From: Betaproteobacteria bacterium | GTDB taxonomy: Bacteria; Pseudomonadota; Gammaproteobacteria; Burkholderiales; SG8-39 | NCBI GenBank assembly: GCA_037443705.1 | Contig: JBBINV010000010.1 | Coordinates: 1,224 to 65,223 of the forward strand | Length of the DNA stretch: 64,000 nucleotides | Reading direction: 5' to 3' | Shown: positions 62,686-64,000 of the stretch, one piece after another | Position numbering within the stretch: position 1 is the stretch's first letter | How the letters are laid out: each line of letters opens with the position of its first letter | Program-made: the position numbers and the translations under genes | Notes under the pieces: generated by a model | What the model saw: the letters and a program-made list of their open reading frames with translations, nothing else | Told to the model about the DNA's origin: nothing | Database searches by the model: none

Positions 62686-64000
62686 ATGCCGAACATCCGC
62701 CTGCCCGACGGCTCGGTGAAGCGCTTCCCCGGACCGGTCACGGTGGCCGAAGTGGCGCAATCCATCGGCGCGGGGCTGGCGCGCGCCGCGCTCGCGGGGA
62801 AGGTGAACGGAAAGCTCGTCGACACGAGCTTTCGCATCGAGTCCGACGCCGAGGTCGCGATCGTCACCGGCAAGAGCCCTGAGGGTCTCGAGATCCTGCG
62901 CCACTCCACCTCGCACCTGATGGCGCAGGCGGTGCAGGAGCTCTATCCCGGCGCGCAGGTGACGATCGGCCCCGTCATCGAAAACGGCTTCTACTACGAC
63001 TTCTCGTACGAGCGCCCCTTCACGCCCGAAGACCTCGCCGCCATCGAGAAGAAGATGGCAGAGATCGTGAAGCAGGACCTGCCGGTCGTGCGCAGGGAGA
63101 TGGCGCGCGACGAGGCAGTCAGGTTCTTCAGCTCGATCGGGGAAAAATACAAGGCCGAGATCATCGCCGCGATCCCCGAGAAGGAAACGATCTCGCTCTA
63201 CGGACAGGGCAACTGGGTGGATCTCTGCCGCGGGCCGCACGTGCCTTCCACCGGCAGGCTCAAGGTCTTCAAGCTGATGAAGGTCGCCGGCGCGTACTGG
63301 CGCGGCGACTCGAGAAACGAGATGCTCCAGCGCATCTACGGCACCGCCTGGGCGACGAAGGAAGACCAGGACGCGTACCTGAAGATGCTGGAGGAGGCCG
63401 AGAAGCGCGACCACCGGCGCCTCGGCACGCAGCTCGACCTCTTTCACATGGAGGAGGAGGCGCCGGGCATGGTGTTCTGGCATCCGAAGGGCTGGATCCT
63501 CTATCAGCAGGTCGAGCAGTACATGCGGCGCGTGTACCGCGAGAACGGCTACCTCGAGGTGCGCGGGCCGACCATCCTGCACCGGCGGCTGTGGGAGCAG
63601 ACCGGCCACTGGGACAACTTCCGCGAGAACATGTTCTTCACCGAGTCCGAGAAGCGCGACTACGCGGTGAAGCCGATGAACTGTCCCGGGCACATCCTGA
63701 TCTTCAAGACGCGGGTTCGCAGCTACCGCGACCTGCCGCTGCGCTACGGCGAGTTCGGCTCGTGCCACCGCAACGAACCCTCCGGCGCGCTGCACGGCCT
63801 GATGCGCATCCGCGGCTTCACGCAGGACGACGGTCACATCTTCTGCACCGAGGAGCAGATCCTGCCCGAATGCGTCGCCTATACCGGGCTGCTGCAGAAG
63901 GTGTACCGCGACTTCGGTTTCACGGACATCATCTACAAGGTGGCGACGCGGCCGCCGAAGCGCATCGGCGATGACGCGCAGTGGGACCGCGCGGAGGCCG
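62686..64000 (+). CDS. thrS: Threonine--tRNA ligase, N-terminal about 438 codons (3' end outside the window)
   Basis: Not in the ORF track because there is no in-window stop. Hand translation from ATG 62686 gives '[28 protein letters not shown]...' (TGS domain). Further motifs are '[13 protein letters not shown]', '[12 protein letters not shown]', 'HRRLG', 'KPMNCPGH', '[11 protein letters not shown]'. Confidence 0.93.
   Translation, partial: MPNIRLPDGSVKRFPGPVTVAEVAQSIGAGLARAALAGKVNGKLVDTSFRIESDAEVAIVTGKSPEGLEILRHSTSHLMAQAVQELYPGAQVTIGPVIENGFYYDFSYERPFTPEDLAAIEKKMAEIVKQDLPVVRREMARDEAVRFFSSIGEKYKAEIIAAIPEKETISLYGQGNWVDLCRGPHVPSTGRLKVFKLMKVAGAYWRGDSRNEMLQRIYGTAWATKEDQDAYLKMLEEAEKRDHRRLGTQLDLFHMEEEAPGMVFWHPKGWILYQQVEQYMRRVYRENGYLEVRGPTILHRRLWEQTGHWDNFRENMFFTESEKRDYAVKPMNCPGHILIFKTRVRSYRDLPLRYGEFGSCHRNEPSGALHGLMRIRGFTQDDGHIFCTEEQILPECVAYTGLLQKVYRDFGFTDIIYKVATRPPKRIGDDAQWDRAEA

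Overview
The window is a GC-rich (about 70% by eye) proteobacterial chromosomal segment of beta/gamma type. It is densely packed with housekeeping genes. All calls come from reading the ORF translations and the DNA, because no homology search could be run.

**Gene content, in order**
- Envelope and storage genes: a DenD-like epimerase 3' end, bamD, rluD, pgeF, a ZIP transporter, the PHA operon phaC-phaA-phaB-phaR, and rimO.
- A minus-strand block: DUF427, a DMT transporter, lysS, and prfB with its canonical +1 frameshift.
- A methyltransferase / cyclophilin-like / KTSC operon, then a DegP-like protease with a sigmaE-type promoter.
- An exonuclease-GIY-YIG / unknown / recJ operon, followed by ppc, DUF429, and lolC/E-lolD.
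- A lower-GC islet with decayed small genes and a DJ-1/PfpI gene, then two tandem GFA genes.
- DUF2062, and a DUF1538 membrane protein with two PII-like genes.
- comEC, dodecin, a hydrolase, a thioredoxin-like protein, and a PNPOx / AtzG-like / AtzE-like amidase group.
- An ABC1 kinase, an inositol monophosphatase, a MazEF-like pair plus a Pol-beta nucleotidyltransferase, mtfA, and a second DMT transporter.
- relA, yceI, dgkA-ppk, ppx, and a decayed sixA.
- tRNA-Val(GAC) followed by two small toxin-antitoxin-like cassettes.
- A HisKA_2 kinase / ANTAR regulator pair and an 1810-aa PAS/GAF-GGDEF-EAL protein.
- The 5' part of thrS, which is absent from the ORF track because it has no stop in the window.

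**What was not found**
- There is no CRISPR array, rRNA gene, transposase or integrase.

**Best candidates for something undescribed**
1. The tRNA-Val hotspot (53.2-55.0 kb). An 878-bp, integrase-less two-gene module encodes a minimal nucleotidyltransferase and a 68-aa partner. It is bracketed by a perfect 45-bp duplication of the tRNA 3' half. A DUF4160/DUF2442 pair follows it, and both pairs have related non-coding tails.
2. The translationally coupled DUF1538 - PII-like - PII-like module (30.0-32.4 kb), possibly a PII-gated transporter.
3. The coupled DnaQ-exonuclease/GIY-YIG - unknown 323-aa protein - RecJ operon.
4. The antitoxin-MazF-nucleotidyltransferase block.

The remaining findings are annotation corrections or regulatory motifs of modest novelty.
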